From contig JAIBBV010000006.1 of the NCBI GenBank assembly GCA_019694465.1, positions 18,843-82,842 of the forward strand: DNA of 64,000 nucleotides. Direction: 5' to 3'. A model generated the notes under the pieces. It searched no databases and had not been told where the DNA came from. It worked only from the letters and a program-made list of their open reading frames with translations. The stretch is from Oligoflexia bacterium. GTDB lineage: Bacteria > Bdellovibrionota_C > UBA2361 > JAFLCA01. Below are positions 38,183-47,117 of the stretch, piece after piece (positions within the stretch are counted from its first letter, which is position 1; the number at the start of each line of letters is the position of its first letter). The translations under genes and the position numbers were made by a program.

Positions 38183-39075
38183 TAAAAATACCCCTCCCGC
38201 TTTTTTAGCTCCATCGACGCATCTTGGTCATAATCAATCACGCGAGTTTTTCTCTCTGACACACGCGTGTCCTGTAATTCGGCAATAATTTTTGGCACTG
38301 TGTCGGCCTCTGATACTACCGCTCCGGTGCATGGCATGCATCCCAAGGTACGGAAGCGACAACGAAGAGCTACGGGGGACTCATTCGATTTGAGCGGTGC
38401 AAAAGATGTAATTGGGATTAGCATGTTTCCGCGCTGTAACACCTGCCTGATCCTTGAGAAATATAATGAAGCGACGGGAATTCGCTCACGGAGAATATAT
38501 TCCCAAATATCAATTTCGGTCCAATTTGAGAGAGGAAAGGCGCGAATAGACTCGCCCAGCCGCACCTTTCCATTGAGCAGGCTCCAAAGCTCAGGTCGTT
38601 GATTTCTTGGTTCCCACTGTCCGAACTGGTCACGAAATGAAAATACACGCTCTTTAGCTCTAGAGCGTTCTTCTTCGCGCCTTGCACCTCCGATCGCAGC
38701 GTCAACCTTATGCAGGCGAAGTGCCTCAAGTAGCGCTTGGGTTTTAAGTAGGCGACAGCAATGTTCAGTGCCTAACTCGAAAGGGTTGGCTCCATCCGCG
38801 ATGGCGCGTTCATTTCGATAAACTATCAACTCTGCTCCCGCGGTCCTACAAGTTTCGTCACGGAACTCATACATCTCGGGGAACTTGAAGCCTGTGTCGA
38901 TGTGTAACAAGGGAAATGGAATTTTTCCCGGAGCGAAAGCTTTCTGGGCCAAGCGCAGTAGCACAGAAGAATCCTTGCCGACGGAATACAGCATTATAGG
39001 TCGAGCGAACTGAGCGACAATCTCACGAAAAATATATATGCTTTCGGCCTCCAGCCTATCGAGATGACTTTCCAT
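38182..39075 (-). CDS. cysD: sulfate adenylyltransferase subunit 2 (CysD)
   Basis: …IMLYSVGKDSSVLLRLAQKAF…PFPLLHIDTGFKFPEMYEFRDE… PAPS-reductase-like fold. Its stop overlaps the cysNC start. Confidence 0.9.
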   Translation of the reverse strand: MESHLDRLEAESIYIFREIVAQFARPIMLYSVGKDSSVLLRLAQKAFAPGKIPFPLLHIDTGFKFPEMYEFRDETCRTAGAELIVYRNERAIADGANPFELGTEHCCRLLKTQALLEALRLHKVDAAIGGARREEERSRAKERVFSFRDQFGQWEPRNQRPELWSLLNGKVRLGESIRAFPLSNWTEIDIWEYILRERIPVASLYFSRIRQVLQRGNMLIPITSFAPLKSNESPVALRCRFRTLGCMPCTGAVVSEADTVPKIIAELQDTRVSERKTRVIDYDQDASMELKKREGYF

Positions 39076-39154
39076 GCCAGTTCTATAGCTCAGAGGTTCT
39101 ATATAAAACAGGGTTCATTTAAAAGTTCCTTAAAGCGCTAGAGTTTCCCAGAAA

Positions 39155-40339
39155 TTAACTTGCTAGTTGTACTTGACGCTCCCAGCGACAGGAGTAGTCA
39201 GCAGCAACAAAGCCGATAAAGGTGTTGTGTTGGTGCTCTAAGAATAATTGGAGTGGTATCTCAAGCGTGTATCCAAAAAACGATTCACTCGCATTAGGCA
39301 GGAAGTTCGGGTATGCCTTCCTTACATCTACGCGTTCCATGGTGCAGATATTATGAGCGAGTACCCGATCATTGCTACGGAGATATACAAAAGCCGGTGC
39401 CAATCCACTTGCTGATTCAAAGCACCAACCTCCAATACTAATATTACCTGGAGAGTAAAGCACAGAATCAATCGCAAATATGACGGAAGGCTGCGAGCCG
39501 GAATGGAGCGGCTGTATTTGTGGCAGGCCTTGATGAGTGCTGGGGGGGACTGGGGCATCTAAGCTGCCATCAGAATCCTGTTGCTTTGATAAGAAATGCT
39601 CCAATATGAATTCAATCAACTCGTAGTCAGGCGCATTTGCAGCCCGTACGTCATTTAAATCTTGTTCGCTAATTTCAAAGTCTCGATTTGCTCCCGAATT
39701 TACCACCTTGTCAGCACTGGGCGGGTTAAAATGTACACCTAAAAGCGGTGACAGTCGGCGCATACTCTCGGCTAAGTGCTCCGTAATCCCTACGAACGCA
39801 AAGTGATTCAAGATTGTCTTTCGAGCAAGCTTAATTTCCCTTGAACCAATCTGCTTTGGCTGTTCCTCAAGAAAAGCGCGAGTTAGTGCGTTTGAGTTCT
39901 CTGGAAATTCGGGGGATAAACAAAAGTCTCGAAAGTTCAATGGAGAGTTTGAATGACGCCAAAAATTTCGCCCATCAAACCTTAGCGTTGAATGGAAATA
40001 GTCAGATACAAGACGACGCAGGGGATCCCGCACAAATGAAATAAGCTTAAAACCATCAAACTGACAGCAGTCTCGTAAGCCCAGATGGCCAGAAATAAAA
40101 CGTATTGACTGGCGCGAAGTTGGACTAAGCGCGTTCCAGGCTCTGAGACTGCAGTTCTCGGCTCCGTAAAACTGAGCAAATTGCCCGGGTGTAAGGTGCT
40201 TATGGATTGCACTAAGAAACCACTTGCCGGCTGTTTTCGGGATATGCATGAAGCAAAATTTAGAATTCATGTTCGTGTGGTTACCTTTCAGCAACATGCT
40301 TGGTTGATTCACAGAGATACTGGGATCCACCAACATCAA
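39155..40339 (-). CDS. PAPS-dependent sulfotransferase (Sulfotransfer_2-like) with a ~150-aa C-terminal extension
   Basis: 5-prime-PSB motif …MHIPKTAGKWF… and 3-prime-PB-like …RDPLRRLVSDYFH… In an operon upstream of cysD/cysNC on the same strand. Confidence 0.65.
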   Translation of the reverse strand: MMLVDPSISVNQPSMLLKGNHTNMNSKFCFMHIPKTAGKWFLSAIHKHLTPGQFAQFYGAENCSLRAWNALSPTSRQSIRFISGHLGLRDCCQFDGFKLISFVRDPLRRLVSDYFHSTLRFDGRNFWRHSNSPLNFRDFCLSPEFPENSNALTRAFLEEQPKQIGSREIKLARKTILNHFAFVGITEHLAESMRRLSPLLGVHFNPPSADKVVNSGANRDFEISEQDLNDVRAANAPDYELIEFILEHFLSKQQDSDGSLDAPVPPSTHQGLPQIQPLHSGSQPSVIFAIDSVLYSPGNISIGGWCFESASGLAPAFVYLRSNDRVLAHNICTMERVDVRKAYPNFLPNASESFFGYTLEIPLQLFLEHQHNTFIGFVAADYSCRWERQVQLAS

Positions 40340-40869
40340 CGGTCCGACCAGAGTGATCAGGGGCTACAGGCGTAAGCAGGCAACAAATAGTCACAAGGGC
40401 GACCTGGCTGTAAAAATAGCTTGCCTGATATGCAGTCGATTTCATGTTCATCTTCTCTGGATTGAAACAATCATTGAGAGAAGGTCGTAAGGCCCTTAAC
40501 CCGGAGGATCGGGGGATCTATTGAATTTTTATCAACCAACATCAATTTCTTCCGAGTGATTGAGGGGCGCGCACCCCGAGGCCCCAGTAGTTATTAGCAG
40601 GCCCATTATCAACACAACACAGTGGTTGGTCAATCTTTTAGGCAATAAATGATGATGAAAATTGCAAGCGCGGCTAATGGTTCAAAAATTGTAAAACCTA
40701 TTCAATGCGCTTAAGCCACTGGAAGATAGTAAAGAACGCATAACTTGCTGGTGTTTCAGCGCCTGTTTCGAGTCTTCCTTGAAAGGCAATTGGAGACGGC
40801 TAGGAGAAGTCTGAACAATCTAAAGACATTTTTTTCAACACTTGCCATTGGCTACCGATAAGCTCATGT

Positions 40870-41664
40870 GTGCCTTTAACAAAGGGCTTAAGCATGAAAG
40901 CTCGCGCAAAATTTGCATGTGTCGTAACTCGCCTGTCCGTCCTACTTGGCCTACTTTTCCTATGTAGTTGTCGCGAGACAATAGTTCACAATCTTTCAGA
41001 GCGGGACGCCAATCGCCTACTAACGCGCCTGCATGATGTGAGTATAGAGGCCACTAAAGAGAAGCAGCCCGATGGAAATTGGAGTATTGCGACTACTGAG
41101 GACGAGGCACTGCGCGCGATTAAGTTTCTAGATGATGCGCGCTTTTTTAGGCGTGAGGAGCTGCCTCAAGACAACGAAGAGTCGGTATTGGCTAGTCCCG
41201 AAGAACGGCGCGCTCGCACAAACCGCTTATTAGCGCGTGAGTTGGAAGCCAGTATCCGTAGCATCGATGGTATTCTGGAAGCGCACGTACACCTAAACAT
41301 ACCGCCCTTAGATCCAATTTTTGGCACAGTAGCGAGCCTTCAGCATGGCTCAGGCAGCGTGGTGGCAACTGTTGCACCGGGGAATAAGGTCATGGTTGGT
41401 GATTTGCAGGCACTTGTGTCTGGAGCGACTGGAATAGCTCCTAAGGATGTGAGTGTCCTGCTCGCGGATGGAGACATCGCTAGGGATGGCTTATTGCAGC
41501 CAAAGTCGCATGAAGTTGGGAATGAATCTACGTCATGGTGGGCAGCGGTCCTGTTGCGCAGGGAAGTAGTGTTGCTAATTGGGGTCGGACTCCTGCTGCT
41601 AGGTTTTGCTTTGCTGCATGCTTTACAAACATCACGAGGAGTGAGTTCGGAGGTGGCCCAGTGA
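40870..41664 (+). CDS. sctJ: type III secretion inner-membrane ring lipoprotein SctJ (YscJ/PrgK/EscJ family)
   Basis: Lipobox LLFLCSC, YscJ-family core (…LLTRLHDVSIEATKEKQPDGNWSIATTEDEALRAIKFL…ILEAHVHLNIPP…) and C-terminal TM helix. The likely start is ATG 40894. Confidence 0.8.
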   Translation: MPLTKGLSMKARAKFACVVTRLSVLLGLLFLCSCRETIVHNLSERDANRLLTRLHDVSIEATKEKQPDGNWSIATTEDEALRAIKFLDDARFFRREELPQDNEESVLASPEERRARTNRLLARELEASIRSIDGILEAHVHLNIPPLDPIFGTVASLQHGSGSVVATVAPGNKVMVGDLQALVSGATGIAPKDVSVLLADGDIARDGLLQPKSHEVGNESTSWWAAVLLRREVVLLIGVGLLLLGFALLHALQTSRGVSSEVAQ

Positions 41665-41864
41665 GTGAGCCAGAGCCAAATGAAACACGCGCGCAATGGG
41701 AAGAAAAGTTTTTGGCCGCTTTGTTCCTGCATGGCTTGCGACTGCGAGTCAATTGCTTGGCAGGGATAGATAAGGAACGGGTCAGCGCTTTAGCTCGTGA
41801 TATCGAAGATATGCCAGAAGCATGGGCCATGGATTGGGCGCTTAGCCGATTCGACTACAGGTGA
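41661..41864 (+). CDS. small T3SS-associated ORF, translationally coupled to sctJ (GTGA overlap)
   Basis: In frame with listed ORF 41535-41864. GTG at 41661 overlaps the sctJ stop. 67 aa with no recognisable motif. Confidence 0.3.
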   Translation: MSEPEPNETRAQWEEKFLAALFLHGLRLRVNCLAGIDKERVSALARDIEDMPEAWAMDWALSRFDYR

Positions 41865-41868
41865 GCAA

Positions 41869-42795
41869 ATGGGATTGAGGGCTAAATTAATTCAAGACAG
41901 CTGCGTCAATGATGCCGGACTATTAGAGGAATTTATTAGCGAGCTAGCTGGCTATCTGCTTGGATGCTCCGCCAAAGCATATATATCAGATTGTGTATGT
42001 CGCACGATGCAAAGCAACGTATGGGTCTGCCTACGGCAGCAGGGTGGGGCCGCCTTCATGCTAGGTATCCCAGCCCAAACTGAGATAGACCGCGAAGTAT
42101 TTCAATTTTCATGTTTAGCCCGTGTAATGGCGTTCCTCTCAAATACTGGCCGGAATGAAGTAATTCTCCCAAATATTGAGCTAGATTCTGGCTGCAGGAC
42201 ATGGCAGGTGGACATACTTGCCAGCCAGAATTCGACCCTTCTCTCACAATGGACATTGTGCAGACACTCTGCGGCTAAATGTCTTGATAGCGAGAAACAT
42301 GGGCGCGTAGCTTACCCACAGCGTCTCAGGGCAGAAATCGGAATCAAGTTAGGTGCCACTACATCGCTTCAGCGCCGCTATGAACTTAGCAGGTTGAGTT
42401 GGTTTTTGAGGACCAGCGAAGTGGAATGGTCGCTTAAATGTGATGGCACTAATCAATTTTATGTAAGTGGAGAAAACAGCATGAGCAGTGATCGCCTGAA
42501 GCTAGAGATAATGATTGGAAGCGTGGAGATAGGGCTAGAGGAGTTTTCGGCTCTTCGCCCCGGTTGCCGACTTGCACTTGAGATAGGTGCTCCGATTGAA
42601 GGCACCCTATGTGTAAACGGGGTGGCGTGGGCAGCTGTACAGCTGGAGTTTGGTCCTAATGCCAATGAAATTAGGATATTAGAAATGTTGGATTTGACAC
42701 TGCGTAAGGCTGAACTGCCGGAAATGGCAACACTCGCTGAGATATTCCGATTAGATGATCAGACATCCTCAAACGAGAAAGACGCTAGAAGTTGA
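41869..42795 (+). CDS. sctQ: type III secretion cytoplasmic-ring protein SctQ (YscQ/HrcQ; SpoA/FliN-like C-terminal domain)
   Basis: C-terminal …LKLEIMIGSVEIGLEEFSALRPGCRLALEIGAPIEGTLCVNGVAWAAVQLEFGPNANEIRILEM is a SpoA domain. ATG 41869 has the RBS aggtga and directly follows the upstream stop; the listed ORF starts at 41797. Confidence 0.6.
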   Translation: MGLRAKLIQDSCVNDAGLLEEFISELAGYLLGCSAKAYISDCVCRTMQSNVWVCLRQQGGAAFMLGIPAQTEIDREVFQFSCLARVMAFLSNTGRNEVILPNIELDSGCRTWQVDILASQNSTLLSQWTLCRHSAAKCLDSEKHGRVAYPQRLRAEIGIKLGATTSLQRRYELSRLSWFLRTSEVEWSLKCDGTNQFYVSGENSMSSDRLKLEIMIGSVEIGLEEFSALRPGCRLALEIGAPIEGTLCVNGVAWAAVQLEFGPNANEIRILEMLDLTLRKAELPEMATLAEIFRLDDQTSSNEKDARS

Positions 42796-42907
42796 CTCAA
42801 AGATAGCTTCTAGTCGCGCCAAGGATGGCGCGGCAAACGCCGAAGGCGTTTGTAGCGAGGCGAGGCATGGGCACTTTGGGACCCATGCCGAGCTCGAAGC
42901 GAATTAA

Positions 42908-42927
42908 AAATGGGCAGGAGCCCATTT
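42908..42927 (+). terminator. 8-bp stem / 4-nt loop hairpin (aaatgggc agga gcccattt) followed by TT, between sctQ and the needle/rod-like gene; attenuator or terminator-like
   Basis: Read directly. A second 7-bp inverted repeat gcatggg…cccatgc lies at 42865-42888. Confidence 0.35.
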
Positions 42928-42958
42928 TTGAAATGACTTGTACTAAAGGAGAGACAAT

Positions 42959-43258
42959 ATGGAATCAGTAAATGGCAATGATGCAGCGGCAACAATTTCT
43001 AGCTTAGGATACTCACGATTTCTTCCCGAGCCGACTAGCCGGCTATCTTCAGTTTTTAGCAGCATACTACAGGGGATAACTGGAGCAGCCAAAAGTGCAT
43101 CCGGACTCTTCTCCGGTATTGATTCCGGTTACGTCGAGTTGCTCAATAAGCAAATCGAATCGCAACAGCAGATGCAGCTAGTCTCAATGGAATCAAACGT
43201 AGAGAAATCGAAGCACGAAACTCAGATGGCAGCTATTCGTAACGTACGGGTGGGATAA
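42959..43258 (+). CDS. small T3SS needle / inner-rod family protein (SctF/SctI-like)
   Basis: 99 aa; Ser/Ala-rich N-terminus. The C-terminal …LVSMESNVEKSKHETQMAAIRNVRVG fits the needle/rod C-terminal pattern (h..SN..K……IRN[IFV]). Sits between sctQ and sctV with a strong RBS (aaaggagag). Confidence 0.4.
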   Translation: MESVNGNDAAATISSLGYSRFLPEPTSRLSSVFSSILQGITGAAKSASGLFSGIDSGYVELLNKQIESQQQMQLVSMESNVEKSKHETQMAAIRNVRVG

Positions 43259-43289
43259 TTCGGCAACTGAATTCAGCCAGAGGCGGCAT

Positions 43290-45155
43290 ATGAAACAGTT
43301 GATGGTACCTGGAGTGCTGGTCGCAATTGTGGCGAGTATGCTACTCCCGTTGCCGCCTCTAGCGCTTGATTTTCTGATAGTTGCCAACCTAGTCCTGGCA
43401 TTCGTTCTGTTGGCATCAACTGTTTATATCGCCGAGCCAATGAAACTGTCCTCTTTGCCGACAATATTACTGCTCGCCACCTTGTATAGGCTGGCACTTA
43501 ATATTTCTACATCTCGGCAGATTCTTTCACATGGCGAAGCTGGGCAGGTGATTGAGGCGTTTGGAGCAATAGTTATTCAGGGAAATATCTTAGTCGGTCT
43601 GGTTGTATTCATGATCGTATCGATTGTGCAGTTTGTTGTAATCGCAAAGGGCGCTGAACGAGTCGCGGAGGTTACAGCTAGATTTACTCTGGATGCTTTG
43701 CCCGGAAAGCAGATGTCGATCGATGCAGATGTGCGCGCTGGGCTACTAGATGGGGCTGGTGCACAGGCCAAACGCCAAGAGCTGCAAATTGAGTCACGTT
43801 TTTATGGCGCCCTAGATGGGGCAATGAAGTTTATTAAGGGAGATGCTCTGGCTGGGTTGGTGATAGTGGTGCTGAACCTTTGTGGTGGGTTTGGTGTGGG
43901 CGTTGCCATGCAGGGCATGAATCTTAAGCAAGCTGTGACACATTATTCGGTCCTGAGTGTTGGTGATGCGCTTGTCGCGCAGCTTCCAGCTCTGCTTAAT
44001 GCCTTGGCGGCTGGAGTGATAGTAACCCGCGTTTCTCGCGGCGATGGCACTTCACTAGCGAATGAGCTTCCCATGCAGCTTGGGCAGTTGCGTGTTGTTA
44101 AGTTCCTCACAGCTGGATTGGCTGCTGTATGTGCATTTTTGCCCGGCATGCCGACACTTCCATTTCTGATGTTCGGCTTGCTCATGTTGATTATGGCTTG
44201 TGTGCACCAGGCGGCGCAGGAGGAAGTGCCTCTCTGCGCTGATCGGTTTAATCCTAAGGCAGTGCCACTCATAGGATTGGAGTTCGGCACTGAAATTTCG
44301 AAGACTTTGCAGGGGCATGGGAAGGATCTTGTGCGCGCTATCGATGGGGCACGCGAGAGATTGTACGCTTCTACCGGGGTGCTAGTGCCGACCCCCGATG
44401 TGATTAGAGTTGACAAGCTAGGCAGCGCATTTTGCCTGTGCCTGCGTGGCATAGAGGTGGCACGCGAGTCGGCGCAAGGAACAGTGGCAGAGGTAGTATC
44501 GGCTGTTGGCAATTTAGTTCAGGCCGCCCTGATCAAGCATCAGTTAGAGCTCGTTGATGACAGGATGACACGCGCTCTTTTGGATATCCTGGAGCGCGAG
44601 GCGCCCGAGTTGGTTTCGTCAGTTGTGCCCGGCATAGTGAGCATCACGCAGATTAGCATGATTCTCAAGGAGCTGCTGCGCGAGGGAGTGCGAATTAGAA
44701 ACTTTGACCTGATTCTTCAGGCCCTTGCTGAACATGGACCAAAAGCACGCAATGAACGCGCGCTTTTAGAGGAAGTGAGAGTATCGTTGAGCCGCTCCCT
44801 ATGCGCGGACCTTGTAGACTCACAAGGACGCATAGCTTGCTATGAAGTGGCACCATTATTTGATGTTTGGCTAGTAGCAGCAGAGAAAGAAGGCAAAGCA
44901 ATTGATCCACTCTTAATTGCTAAGCTGGCAAACGAAATAAGTGCTGCTGCTGTAAATTGCGGTCCAGTGGTTGTAGTAGTGTCGAAAGGAGGACGGGCCT
45001 ACCTGCGGGATTGCCTTAAGCTACGACAAATATCGGCGACGCTCTTAGCATATGAGGAGATACCTATTGACCTCAGCATAGTCTCACAAGGCAGACTTGG
45101 GTCGTGCATAGCAGAGGAGGAGCATGAAACGATTGTTCAAGCCCTTGCTGCTTAG
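43290..45155 (+). CDS. sctV: type III secretion export-gate protein SctV (FHIPEP family; YscV/InvA/FlhA homologue)
   Basis: N-terminal TM domain is near-identical in pattern to YscV (…LLPLPPLALDFLIVANL…FGAIVIQGNILVGLVVFMIVSIVQFVVIAKGAERVAEVTARFTLDALPGKQMSIDADVRAGL…GAMKFIKGDALAGLVIV…). Context with SctJ (not FliF) argues for a non-flagellar system. Confidence 0.9.
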   Translation: MKQLMVPGVLVAIVASMLLPLPPLALDFLIVANLVLAFVLLASTVYIAEPMKLSSLPTILLLATLYRLALNISTSRQILSHGEAGQVIEAFGAIVIQGNILVGLVVFMIVSIVQFVVIAKGAERVAEVTARFTLDALPGKQMSIDADVRAGLLDGAGAQAKRQELQIESRFYGALDGAMKFIKGDALAGLVIVVLNLCGGFGVGVAMQGMNLKQAVTHYSVLSVGDALVAQLPALLNALAAGVIVTRVSRGDGTSLANELPMQLGQLRVVKFLTAGLAAVCAFLPGMPTLPFLMFGLLMLIMACVHQAAQEEVPLCADRFNPKAVPLIGLEFGTEISKTLQGHGKDLVRAIDGARERLYASTGVLVPTPDVIRVDKLGSAFCLCLRGIEVARESAQGTVAEVVSAVGNLVQAALIKHQLELVDDRMTRALLDILEREAPELVSSVVPGIVSITQISMILKELLREGVRIRNFDLILQALAEHGPKARNERALLEEVRVSLSRSLCADLVDSQGRIACYEVAPLFDVWLVAAEKEGKAIDPLLIAKLANEISAAAVNCGPVVVVVSKGGRAYLRDCLKLRQISATLLAYEEIPIDLSIVSQGRLGSCIAEEEHETIVQALAA

Positions 45156-45723
45156 GGCAGCGCTAGTGTCACTGATCATAAGCGTAACGGCATGCTCACC
45201 AACCATAATTCTCCCTAGTTTGGAGGAACGACGAAGGGCCATCTCGTTGGTTGATGAAGGAACCCTGCAGCTACGCCAAGGAGAGCTTTCTAGTGCGGAG
45301 GCTTCTTTTAGGGTTGCCTATGACTTGGCTTACCTCCCTCAGGCCTTGGATGGCTTGGGTTGTGTGGCACTACGGCGTCAAGACTTCAAAAATGCTGAAA
45401 AGTTTTTTCGAGGTGCATTGGAACTTGATCCAACATATATACAGGCACTTGCTAACCTTGCTTTTCTGCTCGAAGAGCAGGGTAACAGCAAAAAAGCGGA
45501 GCAGTTGTATCGAAAGAGTGTGGAGTTGGACCCGGCGAATGCTGGGGTAAGAAATAACTTCGCAGTTAATTTGGCTCACGGGCCGCATCAACACTTGGCA
45601 CTTGAGCAGTTCCAAGCTGCCCTTGTCTTGAGCGGTAATCCAGCAATTCGGGACAATCGTGCGCTAGCGCTCATGGAGACAGAGCAGGACCTAGCGCTAA
45701 AACCTAAAATTGATCATAATTAA
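45124..45723 (+). CDS. TPR-repeat lipoprotein, T3SS-linked
   Basis: Signal plus lipobox (…LIISVTAC). About 4 TPR units (…AEKFFRGALELDPTYIQALANLAFLLEEQGNSKKAEQLYRKSVELDPANA…). The RBS gaggagg and ATG overlap the sctV 3-prime end. Confidence 0.6.
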   Translation: MKRLFKPLLLRAALVSLIISVTACSPTIILPSLEERRRAISLVDEGTLQLRQGELSSAEASFRVAYDLAYLPQALDGLGCVALRRQDFKNAEKFFRGALELDPTYIQALANLAFLLEEQGNSKKAEQLYRKSVELDPANAGVRNNFAVNLAHGPHQHLALEQFQAALVLSGNPAIRDNRALALMETEQDLALKPKIDHN

Positions 45724-45736
45724 CGGGAGTACAGCC

Positions 45737-46051
45737 ATGGGTGCTAGAACAAAACATAAACTTAAGACTGTAAAGTCACCAGGTGTCAAACGAGAGGTAC
45801 GGCGAAAGTCACAACCTCAGCCACAGCGAATGGGCGCTAGTATCTGGTCTGCTCAAGTGGCTGAGCTCGTAGGGCGCGACTTCGCCAGTACTGAAGCAGC
45901 GATAGCTGCCGTTTGTAGTGGTGTACTCGATCGCTTAGGTGTACAAGGGCAGGAGCGCGCAGAGCAAGAAAAGTTTATGCTTGATCTGATTGAGACTGAT
46001 CCAGAGTTGCGAGGAGTCCTTTTACAGAGTCTAAGAGTTAGGAAGCGCTGA
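45737..46051 (+). CDS. small basic hypothetical protein (104 aa)
   Basis: ATG 45737 with RBS gggag. Lys/Arg-rich N-terminal half. No motif. Confidence 0.35.
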   Translation: MGARTKHKLKTVKSPGVKREVRRKSQPQPQRMGASIWSAQVAELVGRDFASTEAAIAAVCSGVLDRLGVQGQERAEQEKFMLDLIETDPELRGVLLQSLRVRKR

Positions 46052-46879
46052 TGCATCAGCGCTTCCATCAGCTTGATCTTGAGCCTGATCTTCCGTAGCT
46101 GATGTTTCTTTATTTGAGGAGTTTGCGGCTTCCGTTGGCCTTGGCACTTTAACTCCCTTACGATCCCCTAGGCGTTTCCGCAAACGCCCGAGTCTTGTGG
46201 CTGGCCCATTTTGGCGTTCCAGGCAGAAATCTAGAATCGCTTGAGCTAACTTTTCTTCGCCCCCTTGTGCGAAAGTCTTTGCCAGCTCTACGGCGCGTTT
46301 GAAGCCCATAACTTTTTTGCCCAGCTCTCGCTGAGCTGTCTCGAACTGCCGGGCCTGTTTCATAGTTTGTGCCAGGCGATCCAGATTGCTCATCGCTAGT
46401 GAAACAAGAGCCTCATTGCGATTCTTTGCATACAAGATGGCTTCCGACAGTGGTTCGCCCTTAGTAGCCATGGCAATACTACTATCGAGAGTATCTCCGG
46501 CAAATGGTTTTACTATAAATCCGCGCGCGCCAATAACCAACAAGTTGAACACGTCATCGACGCTGGGCTCAGATGATGAAGGCAGCGCTATAATCTTCTC
46601 ATCGCATGCGAGTACTGCCGTGAGGAATTCAGACGCTGGCATGGTGGATTTTTTAGCTTCAAAAATGACATGTGTAATCGGTCGCTCGGCAAGCTTTTGC
46701 AAAGCCATAGCGTGGTTGGGAGCGTCCCAAACCGAGGGATATCCAAGTGAAGCCAGAGTTTGCTTGAAGGTGTTGCGAGTGGTGGCGTCCGATTCAACAA
46801 CCAGGATCTGCGCTCTGTCCTTGTCGAGACTCGACATGACAGGTGCGCCGCCATTGGCTAAAAAGTCCTGGTAGTTCAT
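46031..46879 (-). CDS. atypical receiver-domain protein (pseudo-receiver: phospho-acceptor Asp replaced by Glu) with coiled-coil C-terminal extension
   Basis: CheY-like fold markers (…ILVVESDATTRN…ITHVIFEAKKSTMP…IVKPF…). The D57-equivalent position aligns to E. C-terminal 130 aa is charged and helical. Confidence 0.5.
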   Translation of the reverse strand: MNYQDFLANGGAPVMSSLDKDRAQILVVESDATTRNTFKQTLASLGYPSVWDAPNHAMALQKLAERPITHVIFEAKKSTMPASEFLTAVLACDEKIIALPSSSEPSVDDVFNLLVIGARGFIVKPFAGDTLDSSIAMATKGEPLSEAILYAKNRNEALVSLAMSNLDRLAQTMKQARQFETAQRELGKKVMGFKRAVELAKTFAQGGEEKLAQAILDFCLERQNGPATRLGRLRKRLGDRKGVKVPRPTEAANSSNKETSATEDQAQDQADGSADASALPNS

Positions 46880-47117
46880 GCTCCCCTTACAACGGTCTTT
46901 TGGCGTGGCTCACCATTGAGTCTACACTCTACAAATGCGCCACCCGATCGCCACTCGCCGTAACTAGTCTACCCCTTAATATCGCCTAAATTACTGAACT
47001 TCTTTATGTTTTGTGCTTGTATAGCAGACCGACTAAGCCACTGTAATTGCTGCTATTCCTATCCCTTTTTTATGACGACAGCAAAAGTAAGGGCCTTGTA
47101 GCCTGCTGACGCTAGGA

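Noticed and set aside
40340-40869. Sigma-54-type promoter (TGGC-N-TTGC) upstream of sctJ around ttggctaccgataagc
   Set aside because: The spacing and -12 element do not fit the TGGCAC-N5-TTGCW consensus. No cognate bEBP gene was seen. Not reported as a feature.
43943-44512. 189-aa antisense ORF inside sctV, with similar antisense ORFs inside other long genes (for example 23721-24233 opposite the EamA gene and 10548-10736 in the megaprotein)
   Set aside because: Antisense frames of this kind occur by chance inside long genes at about 50% GC. The sense strands carry strongly recognisable proteins.
45124-45723. Interpreting the TPR lipoprotein as a cytosolic class II T3SS chaperone (SycD/LcrH-like)
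   Set aside because: A clear signal peptide plus lipobox (…VTAC) places it outside the cytoplasm. An envelope role, with a pilotin-like role possible, is favoured instead.
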